Source: an uncultured Eubacteriales bacterium | GTDB taxonomy: Bacteria; Bacillota; Clostridia; Oscillospirales; Acutalibacteraceae | Length of the DNA stretch: 24,711 bases | Direction of reading: 5' to 3' | NCBI GenBank assembly: GCA_964471735.1 | Contig: CAYYGY010000001.1 | Location: forward strand, 1 to 24,711 | Part shown: one piece after another, positions 16,229 to 24,358 of the stretch | Layout: each line of letters starts with the position of its first letter | How positions within the stretch are numbered: the stretch's first letter is position 1 | Made by a program: the position numbers and the translations under genes | Notes under the pieces: model-generated | The model's input: only the letters and a program-made list of their open reading frames with translations | Databases searched by the model: none | Told to the model about the DNA's origin: nothing

Positions 16229-18391
16229 TTAGCCTGCTGTTGAAGCGGAGCCGCTCGATGTTTCCTGTGCAGGAGCGGACGAAGACGCCGCTTGTGAAGT
16301 TGCGTTTGCGGTGCTTGAGGTCGAAGCGGCCGCATTGCTGGCCGCAGAGGCTGTGTCGGCTGCGGCAGCCGACGAGGTGGCCGAAGATGCTGCACTGTCG
16401 GTCGCTGTGCTTGAAGTTGAAGCAGCAGTTGACGAGGTGGCCGTTGAGGTGGCAGTTGAGCTCGATGAGGTCGCTGTGCTTGACGCGGCACCGGAAGAAG
16501 CAGTGCTTGAAGTTGCCGAGCTCGATGTTGCCGAACTAGAGGTTGCCGAACTCGATTCGGCGGAGGAGGCACTGCTCGAACCCTGAGAAGATGACGAAGA
16601 AGACGTGTCGCTTGCTGTGTTGTCCTCTATCTCAACTTCTGACACAAAGGTTTCATAGTTGGGCTGAGCCAGCCATGTTGTAAGACCGTCGTCATAAACA
16701 GGCTTTTCGCCGCCTTTCTTTTCGTACCAAACAGCAGGATAGATAACCTTGCTGTTGTAAGAGGTTTCGGTGGTGTTAACCTTTGTGTCCTCGCCTTCGC
16801 GCACCTTGCGTGCGACTACTACACAGCGAAGCTCAACGCCTTTGATTTCATATGTGCAGGTCGAAAGGGTAAGTATCTCATCACCGGGGACTACATCAAC
16901 GGGTGTGATGTAAAGCGAGCGGCGACGTATCTGCTCTATCCATGAAAGGAAGTCAGAATTGCTGTCAAAGTTCGAAACGGTGTAATTGAAGAAATAGCCG
17001 TTATCGTCTGCACTGTCTGCGTTTGTTATCATACAGGCAAAGACCTTGTAAACGCCGCCCGTGCCGTAGATGGTGTCAAAGGTCACGGTCGGGGTTTCCT
17101 TGTAGAAATCAAGCGATTTGTACTTGTGCAGGTTTGCCAGCATCGTTCCGTCTTTCATATGATGCCCGTAAATCGTGATATTAGTGCTGTTGCCGCTTTC
17201 GGAGATTTCGTTGCGGTAGTCGGCAAACAGAGCGCCGTAAACACTGGATTCTTTGAGCGCGTTGTGGTCGACGTAGTAATCGTTGTTGTCAGTCTGATAA
17301 ACAGCGTTGTCTATCTTGGTGTTGGCGACGGTCAGCCAGCCGACGACCTCGTCGTTTTGCTCTATCAGGTCGGCAAAGCGGTCTTCCGCCTCTTTCTCGT
17401 TACGGTTGTCGATAAAATATTCTGAAATGTAAACGCCTGACACCACCAAGCCGACGGTCGCAATCATAAAGACAAGCTTTCTAACCACGTCAAGCAGGCG
17501 GTCGCCCTTCCAAGGTAAGATATACTGCGCCACCCTTACGGGCCAAGGTGTTTCCTTGCACTCGGTGTCTTCTGTATTGTCATCGCCCTTATTTGCTTCG
17601 TCGGCAAGTTGGTATGTATCTGCGGCAAACATGGCATCAACGTTCCAGTCGACCTCGTCGGCAGGTATAATTTCATCAGCCTCTGTTTCGGGGTCGAACA
17701 CCGGCGGCTCGGGCATCGCTGCGGGTGCTTCAGTTTCAAGCACAGGCGCAACGGGTTCATCAAAAATCTTATCCAGTCCCAAATCTTCAGATGTCGGGTC
17801 GTCTTCAAACACCGGCGTTTTTGCTTCAAACGGCAGTACAGCCGCCTCAAACTCAGGCTCGTCAGCGTCGTCGATTATGCTGAAGCCGGTCTTGCTGATG
17901 ACAAACTGCCTGAGAGGACCGCCTACCATAGCATCAAGTGCTGCAGGCTCGTCGGGCAGAAGGACTATGCTCTGCGCGGCGGCGGAAATCGCACAGCCGG
18001 GTGCAACAGAAACGGTGTTGTCGAACACCACCGCTCCGTTTGGTACCAACGCGGCGTTAAGCTGACGTTCGGTCAGGGCATCGCCGTAGGTTGATTTAAG
18101 TTTTGCAACTGCCGCATCATTTTCATTACAGCCGAGCCCTACCGCAGAGCAGACGGCTTTGACGGTGTTATCGTCTTCATCAGAGCCTACTCCTCCGCAA
18201 ACAATTATCAGTTCACTTCGTGCAACAGCTTGCCTGAGCGCTTTTTTAAGTTCGCGCGCGTCGGTGCCTATAACGGTGCTGTTGTCGACAGAAACCGAGC
18301 ACATATTAAGCAGTTCGGTCAGGACTTTTACGTTTTTGTCTATCCTATCCCCATAGAGCTGTTTGCTTACAGATATTATTTCGGCATTCAT
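16229..18391 (-). CDS. CinA/MoCF_biosynth-like domain + TM + class B sortase fusion with Ser/Ala/Thr-rich tail
   Basis: N-terminus MNAEIISV...IIVCGGVGSDEDDNT...APGC...LLPDEP resembles the CinA N-domain; single TM; sortase B motifs VYQTDNNDYY, IYGHHMKDGTM, TLSTC and RCVVVAR; GGAGG RBS before ATG 18391. Confidence 0.85.
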   Translation of the reverse strand: MNAEIISVSKQLYGDRIDKNVKVLTELLNMCSVSVDNSTVIGTDARELKKALRQAVARSELIIVCGGVGSDEDDNTVKAVCSAVGLGCNENDAAVAKLKSTYGDALTERQLNAALVPNGAVVFDNTVSVAPGCAISAAAQSIVLLPDEPAALDAMVGGPLRQFVISKTGFSIIDDADEPEFEAAVLPFEAKTPVFEDDPTSEDLGLDKIFDEPVAPVLETEAPAAMPEPPVFDPETEADEIIPADEVDWNVDAMFAADTYQLADEANKGDDNTEDTECKETPWPVRVAQYILPWKGDRLLDVVRKLVFMIATVGLVVSGVYISEYFIDNRNEKEAEDRFADLIEQNDEVVGWLTVANTKIDNAVYQTDNNDYYVDHNALKESSVYGALFADYRNEISESGNSTNITIYGHHMKDGTMLANLHKYKSLDFYKETPTVTFDTIYGTGGVYKVFACMITNADSADDNGYFFNYTVSNFDSNSDFLSWIEQIRRRSLYITPVDVVPGDEILTLSTCTYEIKGVELRCVVVARKVREGEDTKVNTTETSYNSKVIYPAVWYEKKGGEKPVYDDGLTTWLAQPNYETFVSEVEIEDNTASDTSSSSSSQGSSSASSAESSSATSSSATSSSATSSTASSGAASSTATSSSSTATSTATSSTAASTSSTATDSAASSATSSAAAADTASAASNAAASTSSTANATSQAASSSAPAQETSSGSASTAG
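16232..16620 (-). repeat. Low-complexity Ser/Ala/Thr coding repeat (SSSAT-like units)
   Basis: Translation SSSATSSSATSSSATSSTASS...; imperfect 15-nt periodicity around 16500-16560. Confidence 0.8.
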
Positions 18392-18407
18392 TGGCGTACC
18401 TCCAAAA

Positions 18408-19577
18408 TTAATCAATTAATTCGAATTCTGTGCCCTCGACAGCCTCTTTTATCAGAGCCTGCTCATCAAGTGCGCTTTGAGCTTCGATAACAGCGGCCTC
18501 AGTCGGTCGGGTGCGCGGGTGACGCGGGGTGAAGACTGTGCAACAGTCTTCGTAAGGCAAAATGGAAATATCAAAGGTGTCGATTTTTCTGGATATGCGC
18601 ACTATCTCCTCTTTGTCCATTCCTATGAGAGGGCGCATCACCAGCATATCGCTTGCTCTGTCGGTCACCTGAAGCGCCGCGAGCGTCTGGCTTGCGACCT
18701 GACCGACGCTTTCGCCCGTTATCAGTGCAGAGCAACGGTTTTTCTCTGCAATCTGCGACGATATCTTCATCATAAACCGACGCATTATCAGGGTGAAATA
18801 TTCCTCAGGACATTTTTCCTGAATCTCGACCTGCGTCTTTGTAAACGGAACCTTGGCCATCATAATCGGGCCGCTGTATTTTGCGACCTGCCTTAAAAGG
18901 TCCTTCACCTTCTTTTCAGCCAAAGGCCCTGTGTACGGCGGACTGGCAAAATGTATCGCAAAAAGCTCGATTCCGCGCTTTGCCATCATCCATGCGGCAA
19001 CGGGGCTGTCTATTCCGCCCGAAATCAGTATTGCGGCGCGGCCGCCCGTGCCCACAGGCATACCGCCTGCGCCTTGAAGCTGGCCTGCGCGGATATATGC
19101 GCCGAAGTCCCTTACCTCCACGACAACGGTGACGTCAGGGTTTTTGACATCTACCTTAAGGTGAGGGCAGGCGGCAAGTATTGCGCCGCCCATCTGCGCG
19201 CTTATCTCAGGCGACGGCAGAGGAAACCTCTTGTCTGCGCGCTTTGATTCTACTTTAAAGGTGGCGGCCCCCGCCAGCTTGTCCTTCAGCCAGTCGACAC
19301 CCCTTGTTAAGATGTCATTCATATCTTTTTCGCATACGGCCGCCCTCGAAAACGCGGCGATGCCGAAAACGCGCGATACTCTGTCAAGCGCCTCGTCAAA
19401 GTTAAAATCTTCGTCGAGCGGCTCTATGTATATCGTTGACTGCGCTTTTTTTATCTCCACTCTGCCGAGGTCGGTCAGGCGGCGTCTGAGGGATTTTATA
19501 AGTGCGTCTTCAAAAGTTGAACGGTTAAGCCCCTTAAGCGCAAGCTCGCCGTTTTTAACTAAAATAATCTCTTTCAT
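18408..19577 (-). CDS. thiI: tRNA 4-thiouridine synthase ThiI (no rhodanese domain)
   Basis: GELALKGLNR, THUMP domain, PP-loop SGGIDSPVA, GESVGQVASQT and EDCCTVF motifs. Confidence 0.97.
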   Translation of the reverse strand: MKEIILVKNGELALKGLNRSTFEDALIKSLRRRLTDLGRVEIKKAQSTIYIEPLDEDFNFDEALDRVSRVFGIAAFSRAAVCEKDMNDILTRGVDWLKDKLAGAATFKVESKRADKRFPLPSPEISAQMGGAILAACPHLKVDVKNPDVTVVVEVRDFGAYIRAGQLQGAGGMPVGTGGRAAILISGGIDSPVAAWMMAKRGIELFAIHFASPPYTGPLAEKKVKDLLRQVAKYSGPIMMAKVPFTKTQVEIQEKCPEEYFTLIMRRFMMKISSQIAEKNRCSALITGESVGQVASQTLAALQVTDRASDMLVMRPLIGMDKEEIVRISRKIDTFDISILPYEDCCTVFTPRHPRTRPTEAAVIEAQSALDEQALIKEAVEGTEFELID

Positions 19578-19579
19578 CG

Positions 19580-20716
19580 TTACTTCCTTCTCTTGAGTAA
19601 AGCGACTCCCTGCTCAACACCTGCAGCGAGCGCGTCTATATCTTCATCGGTTGTAAAGCGTGACATACTGACTCTTATAGCGCTGTCTGCTCGCTGACGG
19701 CTGAGCCCCTGAGCGGCAAGCACGTGGCTTACGCCGCCTTTGGCGCAGGCACTTCCGCTGGAAACGTAGCACTTGCTCGTTTCGAGGTGGTGCATCATAA
19801 TCTCCGAGCGTATTCCCTCCGCCGAAAAGTTGACTATGTACGGCAAGGCATCATCAGGCGAGTTGATAACGACCGAGTCTATCGCACTCAGCCGCTCAAC
19901 AAGGCGGTCGCGCAAGGCGGTCATTTTTTCAAGCGAGCGCTTTGTGTCCGGCAGTGCCTTCACGGCGGCCGCGAGGGCATCTATCAGCATTGTGGATTCG
20001 GTGCCCGAACGCAAACCTCTTTCCTGACCGCCGCCCACCATAAGGGGCAGTATCCTTACGTTTCGTGAAACGTAAAGCGCACCGATTCCCTTGGGCGCGT
20101 GTATCTTGTGTCCGCTGACCGAGATAAGGTCGGCGCCAAGCAGTTCAGGCCCCACAGCAATTTTGCCGAACGCCTGTACACAGTCGCTGTGCACATAGGC
20201 CGTGCTGCCTACTGCCTTAAGCGCAGGCTTGACTGTGCTAACGGGCAAAACAGCACCTGTTTCGTTGTTTACCGCCATAATGCTTACAAGCACGGTATCC
20301 TTTCTTACGGCGGCCGCGATGCTTTCTGCCGATATGTTGCCCGCCGCGTCAGGCCCTATATAAGTTACCTCAAAGCCCTCTTTTTCAAGCCGCTCAAACG
20401 CCTTCAGCACCGACGGGTGCTCAATTTTAGTTGTGACAAGGTGATTGCCGTCACGCCTGCGGGCGTATGCCGCGCCGAAAACAGCGGTATTGTTCGCCTC
20501 AGTGCCGCAAGAGGTGAAATACACCTCTTTAGGCAAACATCCTATATAAGACGCTACGGTCTGCCTTGCACTGTCAAGCCGTGCAAGGGCCTCTGCGCCC
20601 AGAAGGTGCATCGAAGAAGGGTTGCCGAAGTGATTTTCCACACAGAATGCTATTGCCGCCTTCGCTTCATCGCACAGCGGCGACGTGGCGCTGTTATCAA
20701 GATAATGTATCGACAT
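19580..20716 (-). CDS. iscS: Cysteine desulfurase (IscS/NifZ-like), probable sulfur donor for ThiI
   Basis: YLDNSATS, GNPSSMH, FTSCGTEANN, SGHKIHAPKG and SSGSAC motifs; ATG at 20716; 2 bp from thiI. Confidence 0.93.
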   Translation of the reverse strand: MSIHYLDNSATSPLCDEAKAAIAFCVENHFGNPSSMHLLGAEALARLDSARQTVASYIGCLPKEVYFTSCGTEANNTAVFGAAYARRRDGNHLVTTKIEHPSVLKAFERLEKEGFEVTYIGPDAAGNISAESIAAAVRKDTVLVSIMAVNNETGAVLPVSTVKPALKAVGSTAYVHSDCVQAFGKIAVGPELLGADLISVSGHKIHAPKGIGALYVSRNVRILPLMVGGGQERGLRSGTESTMLIDALAAAVKALPDTKRSLEKMTALRDRLVERLSAIDSVVINSPDDALPYIVNFSAEGIRSEIMMHHLETSKCYVSSGSACAKGGVSHVLAAQGLSRQRADSAIRVSMSRFTTDEDIDALAAGVEQGVALLKRRK

Positions 20717-20754
20717 TCTCCGTGCTCCAATCAACATATAATAGTACATAATGA

Positions 20755-20783
20755 ATTATACTACAACTAATGAAAAATCACAA
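20755..20783 (-). promoter_or_regulatory. SigA-type promoter for the iscS-thiI operon
   Basis: Minus strand TTGTGA (20783-20778), 17 bp, TATAAT (20760-20755). Confidence 0.65.
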
Positions 20784-20909
20784 TAATAAATTGTCGTTAA
20801 AGACCAACTTTTATAAACGGTGTGTGATGTGTCATAAAGTGTGTGTTTTGAATAATATGGTATCAAATCAACATATGCCGTCGATCAAAACGGCAGAAAG
20901 CGGTGTAAT

Positions 20910-21995
20910 ATGCAATTTAACGATAAAGCTGTGTTCTTTGCCGGAGTTATGTCAAAGGGCGGATATTTGTCACGCCTTGATGAAATATATGAGTCGGGTG
21001 CCGACTGGCGCGCTTATTTGATAAAGGGCGGTGCAGGTATGGGCAAATCGTCCTTGATGAAAGGCGTTGCCGCAGAACTTGAAGAACTTGGCCAAACTTG
21101 TGTGTATATAACCTGCCCCAGCGACCCTGATTCCCTGGATGCAGTTATCTTTCCCGACATAAAGGCGTGCATTTGCGATGCAACTGCGCCCCATATCATA
21201 AATCCAAAATATCCTGAGGTCTGCGAGGTCATATTAAACGTAGCCGACTGCTGTGACCGCGAACGGATCGCCAATGTGGGCGAGCAGGCCGTCGCATTGA
21301 CCGATTCAAACTCGGCTATGTACCAGCGCATTTACAGGTACGTGGGTGCTGTTTGTGCTCTGCTTAACGATTCGTACAGGATAGCATACGACTGTTGTGA
21401 CACAAAGCGCGCGTCTGTTTTCGGCGCCGAAACGGCCATTCGTCTGATGAAGGATAAAAAACGGCGGGGCAAGGAAACGGTGCGGTTTTTAAGTTCGGTC
21501 ACACCGAAGGGAATGGTGCACCATACGGACACATTGGGCAAAATGTGCGACAGGATAATCGCCATCGAGGACGAATACGGCGCTGTGTCCAGAATTATCC
21601 TCTCGGCGGTAAGAATGACGGCGCTTGAGCGCGGGCACGACATCATAACCTGTATGTCGCCTTTCGCGCCTGACGAAAAGGTTGAGCACATTATCATACC
21701 TGAACTGAAACTGGGCTTTACTACCAGAACCAGATGGCTTAAGGCCCCTGTTACTGACAGGATAATCCACGCAAGACGGTTTTGCGACGTCACCCGCCTG
21801 CATCAGAACAGACAGCGGCTGTCGTTTAACCGCAGGGCAGTCGGCGAGCTTATAACTGCGGCGGTAGACACGCTCTCGCAGGCAAAAGCTATCCACGACG
21901 AGCTGGAAAAGCTGTACGTCAATTGTATGGATTTTGCCGCCATCGACCGGCGCAAAGAGCAGGTAATAAAAGAACTGAAGGCCCGAATAAAATAA
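20910..21995 (+). CDS. P-loop ATPase, PRK06851-like family
   Basis: YLIKGGAGMGKS Walker A, CPSDPDSLD, DATAPH and HDELEKLY...MDF motifs. Confidence 0.8.
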   Translation: MQFNDKAVFFAGVMSKGGYLSRLDEIYESGADWRAYLIKGGAGMGKSSLMKGVAAELEELGQTCVYITCPSDPDSLDAVIFPDIKACICDATAPHIINPKYPEVCEVILNVADCCDRERIANVGEQAVALTDSNSAMYQRIYRYVGAVCALLNDSYRIAYDCCDTKRASVFGAETAIRLMKDKKRRGKETVRFLSSVTPKGMVHHTDTLGKMCDRIIAIEDEYGAVSRIILSAVRMTALERGHDIITCMSPFAPDEKVEHIIIPELKLGFTTRTRWLKAPVTDRIIHARRFCDVTRLHQNRQRLSFNRRAVGELITAAVDTLSQAKAIHDELEKLYVNCMDFAAIDRRKEQVIKELKARIK

Positions 21996-22008
21996 GTTTT
22001 CTCGCATT

Positions 22009-22040
22009 AACGCCTCTTTTTTGCCGAAGGGGCGTTTTTT
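22009..22040 (+). terminator. Rho-independent terminator after the ATPase gene
   Basis: AACGCCTCTTT...GAAGGGGCGTT stem (with G-U pairs) followed by a T-run. Confidence 0.7.
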
Positions 22041-22057
22041 GATGAAAAAACAAACAG

Positions 22058-22086
22058 TTGATATTATAAAGCATTTGAGTTAAAAT
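22058..22086 (+). promoter_or_regulatory. SigA-type promoter for the RING protein-galU pair
   Basis: TTGATA (22058-22063), 17 bp, TAAAAT (22081-22086). Confidence 0.65.
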
Positions 22087-22115
22087 GTATTTAAGAAAAG
22101 TGAGGTTTAAGTTTT

Positions 22116-23015
22116 ATGGCTATAAAAAAGCAGTGTGCGTTTTGCCACGCCATACTTTTTGAAGATGATGACGTTGTCTTTTGCCCTGAGTGCGGCGCCG
22201 CCCATCACAGAGAGTGCTACAATTCGCTTGGGCATTGTGCCCGTGCCAACCTACACGGCACGCCTGAGGCAGAGGTCGATTACAGCGAGCCTGAGCAGGA
22301 GGAAAGCCGCGAAGAGCAGGCTGAGCCGTTTGGCTTTGATAACGGGCCGCAGGGCGATCAGCCGCCGTTTACCGTTTTTGGCTCGTTTCAGGATGTGTGC
22401 GGCGGTGTAGACCCTCAAAGCGAGATAGAAGGCAAGACAGTAACAGACGTTGCCTCTTTCGTAAGGATAAACACAAAACGCTATGTTCCCAAATTTCAGG
22501 AGTTGAGCACAAGAAGGACCAAAACCGACTGGAACTGGGGCGGATTTATATTCTCTTACGGCTGGCTGAGTTTCCGCAAATGTCACCTTCAGTCGCTCAT
22601 AACGGCGCTGTTTACCCTGCTGGCCTATGTCATGATGTCGCCGCTTATGGCACATTTTTATTCGGCGCTTTTCCCGTATTACCAGATGACCCAGCAGGAG
22701 CGCTACAGCAATTACGCCGTTATCAACGAGGCTATGATGACTGCCTATCAAACAGCGACTCCGATGGCGTGGGTGCTGTGCGTTTTAGGCGTGCTGTTGA
22801 TAATAGGTATCCACGTATTTATCGGACTCAGGGGCGACAGGATATATATGTCCCACGTTTTTCAAAAAATAGATAAAATAAACTCAGATGAGAATGTTTC
22901 AAACAAGCTTCAAAAGCTTATGGCGTCAGGCGGTATAAACCCGTTTTCGGCGTACATAGTTATAAATGTTATGAACTTGGTGTTTTCGTACTTGATCGGA
23001 TTATTTTTGTTATAA
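22116..23015 (+). CDS. Prokaryotic RING-finger + DUF2628-like membrane protein
   Basis: CAFC...VVFCPECGAAHHRECY...HC zinc-ligand pattern; WNWGGFIFSYGWLSFRK motif followed by TM helices. Confidence 0.75.
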   Translation: MAIKKQCAFCHAILFEDDDVVFCPECGAAHHRECYNSLGHCARANLHGTPEAEVDYSEPEQEESREEQAEPFGFDNGPQGDQPPFTVFGSFQDVCGGVDPQSEIEGKTVTDVASFVRINTKRYVPKFQELSTRRTKTDWNWGGFIFSYGWLSFRKCHLQSLITALFTLLAYVMMSPLMAHFYSALFPYYQMTQQERYSNYAVINEAMMTAYQTATPMAWVLCVLGVLLIIGIHVFIGLRGDRIYMSHVFQKIDKINSDENVSNKLQKLMASGGINPFSAYIVINVMNLVFSYLIGLFLL

Positions 23016-23027
23016 GGAGATGCGAAA

Positions 23028-23915
23028 ATGAAAATCACAAAGGCCGTTATCCCTGCCGCCGGACTCGGCACAAGAGTTTTACCTGCGTCCAAATCTATGC
23101 CTAAAGAGATGCTGCCTATCGTGGACAAGCCTGCGATCCAGTATATCGTTGAGGAAGCGGTTGCCGCAGGGATTACAGATATTCTAATTATTACGAGCCG
23201 AGGAAAGGGACTGATCGAGGACCACTTTGACAACTCGTATGAGCTTGAGGACACTCTGCGCAAAAAAGGCAGGAACGAAGAGGCCGACAAGGTCGCTTCG
23301 CTTGCGACCATTGCCAATATCCACTTTGTGCGCCAGCATCAGCCAAAGGGCCTCGGCCATGCCATAATGGCGGCGCGCACCTTTGTGGGTGATGAACCGT
23401 TCGCCGTTTTGTACGGTGATGACGTTATCATCTCCGAAACCTCGGTAACAGGCCAGCTTATCGAGAGGTATGAAAAGTACGGCAAGGGCATTGTCGGGGT
23501 TAAAGAGGTGCCCAGAAGCGAGGTGCATAAGTATTGCTCGCTTGATGTCAAGCCGATTGAGGACAAGGTTTTTGCTGTATCGGATATGATAGAAAAACCC
23601 ACCCAAGAGCAGATAATGTCCTGCTATTCCATACTGGGCAGGTGCGTTCTGCCGCCGGAGATATTTGACCTGCTTGATAAAACAAAGCCGGGAAGAAACG
23701 ACGAGATCCAGCTTACCGATGCGATGGCTCAGCTTGCGCGCACAGAGGGAATGATAGCTGTTGATTTTGACGGTACGCGCTACGATATGGGCAACAAACT
23801 CGGCATTATGCAGGCGCAAATTGAGGTTGCTTTGCAGCATGAGGAGATCGGCGAAGAGTTTCGCAAATATCTTAAGGAGTTAATGCGAGGAGAGTCGAAC
23901 ACAAATCGGTTTTGA
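23028..23915 (+). CDS. galU: UTP--glucose-1-phosphate uridylyltransferase
   Basis: KAVIPAAGLGTRVLPASKSMPKEMLP, KGLGHA, IEKP and EIQLTDA motifs; AAGGAG RBS. Confidence 0.96.
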   Translation: MKITKAVIPAAGLGTRVLPASKSMPKEMLPIVDKPAIQYIVEEAVAAGITDILIITSRGKGLIEDHFDNSYELEDTLRKKGRNEEADKVASLATIANIHFVRQHQPKGLGHAIMAARTFVGDEPFAVLYGDDVIISETSVTGQLIERYEKYGKGIVGVKEVPRSEVHKYCSLDVKPIEDKVFAVSDMIEKPTQEQIMSCYSILGRCVLPPEIFDLLDKTKPGRNDEIQLTDAMAQLARTEGMIAVDFDGTRYDMGNKLGIMQAQIEVALQHEEIGEEFRKYLKELMRGESNTNRF

Positions 23916-24003
23916 AATGTATTTTTTCTCCCATACGGCATCGCTTTTCCTTGCATTAAGCTCAAAGCTTTAAATTTGGAATAAATTTTCAGTTTAAAAA
24001 ACG

Positions 24004-24032
24004 GAATACGTCGGCACTTGGTGCACATACTA
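24004..24032 (+). promoter_or_regulatory. SigG-like (forespore) promoter
   Basis: GAATA, 17 bp, CATACTA; matches the GHATR...CATACTA consensus. Confidence 0.6.
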
Positions 24033-24064
24033 CTACCGTACTTCAGAAAACGGAGGTATGAACA

Positions 24065-24229
24065 ATGGATAACAAGTGCAACAGAAGTATTGAATGCACA
24101 GTCGGCGAGTGCCGTCACCACAGTTGCTGTGAAGACTACTGCACTCTCGACAAGATCCTTGTCGGAACACACGAAGCAAATCCCACTATGGATCAGTGTA
24201 CCGACTGTAAGTCTTTCGACAGAAAATAA
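24065..24229 (+). CDS. Small Cys-rich DUF1540-like protein (54 aa)
   Basis: MDNKCNRSIECTVGECRHHSCCEDYCTLDKILVGTHEANPTMDQCTDCKSFDRK; GGAGG RBS at 24052-24056; followed by a terminator; below the ORF-track length cutoff. Confidence 0.85.
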   Translation: MDNKCNRSIECTVGECRHHSCCEDYCTLDKILVGTHEANPTMDQCTDCKSFDRK

Positions 24230-24242
24230 CCTGACGAAAGCA

Positions 24243-24281
24243 AAAAAGCAGTTTCCTGAATTGTACAGGAAACTGCTTTTT
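24243..24281 (+). terminator. Rho-independent terminator after the DUF1540-like gene
   Basis: AAAAAGCAGTTTCCTG-aattgta-CAGGAAACTGCTTTTT perfect inverted repeat. Confidence 0.88.
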
Positions 24282-24299
24282 CTTCGTTTGAGAAAAATT

Positions 24300-24329
24300 G
24301 AATTATTTTTGTTTCAGTGTGCCATACTA
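24300..24329 (+). promoter_or_regulatory. Second SigG-like promoter
   Basis: GAATT, 18 bp, CATACTA upstream of an AGAAAGGTG RBS. Confidence 0.5.
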
Positions 24330-24358
24330 AGGGTGAAATAAGAAAGGTGTGACAAATT

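Noticed and set aside
16216..16586. Pro/Arg/Gln-rich and Ala/Val/Glu-rich ORFs in alternative frames
   Set aside because: By-products of the low-complexity Ser/Ala/Thr tail, which lacks stops in other frames.
15665..16620. Repeats as a CRISPR array or mobile-element ends
   Set aside because: They are in-frame coding repeats with no unique spacers, and no cas or transposase genes are present.
17880..18391. Calling the gene cinA
   Set aside because: No C-terminal PncC/NMN deamidase domain and key motifs are altered; it is a fusion to a sortase, not canonical CinA.
24018..24341. 107-aa plus-strand ORF (and the antisense 24193-24597 ORF)
   Set aside because: Cross a strong terminator and overlap better-supported genes at 24065-24229 and 24359 onward.
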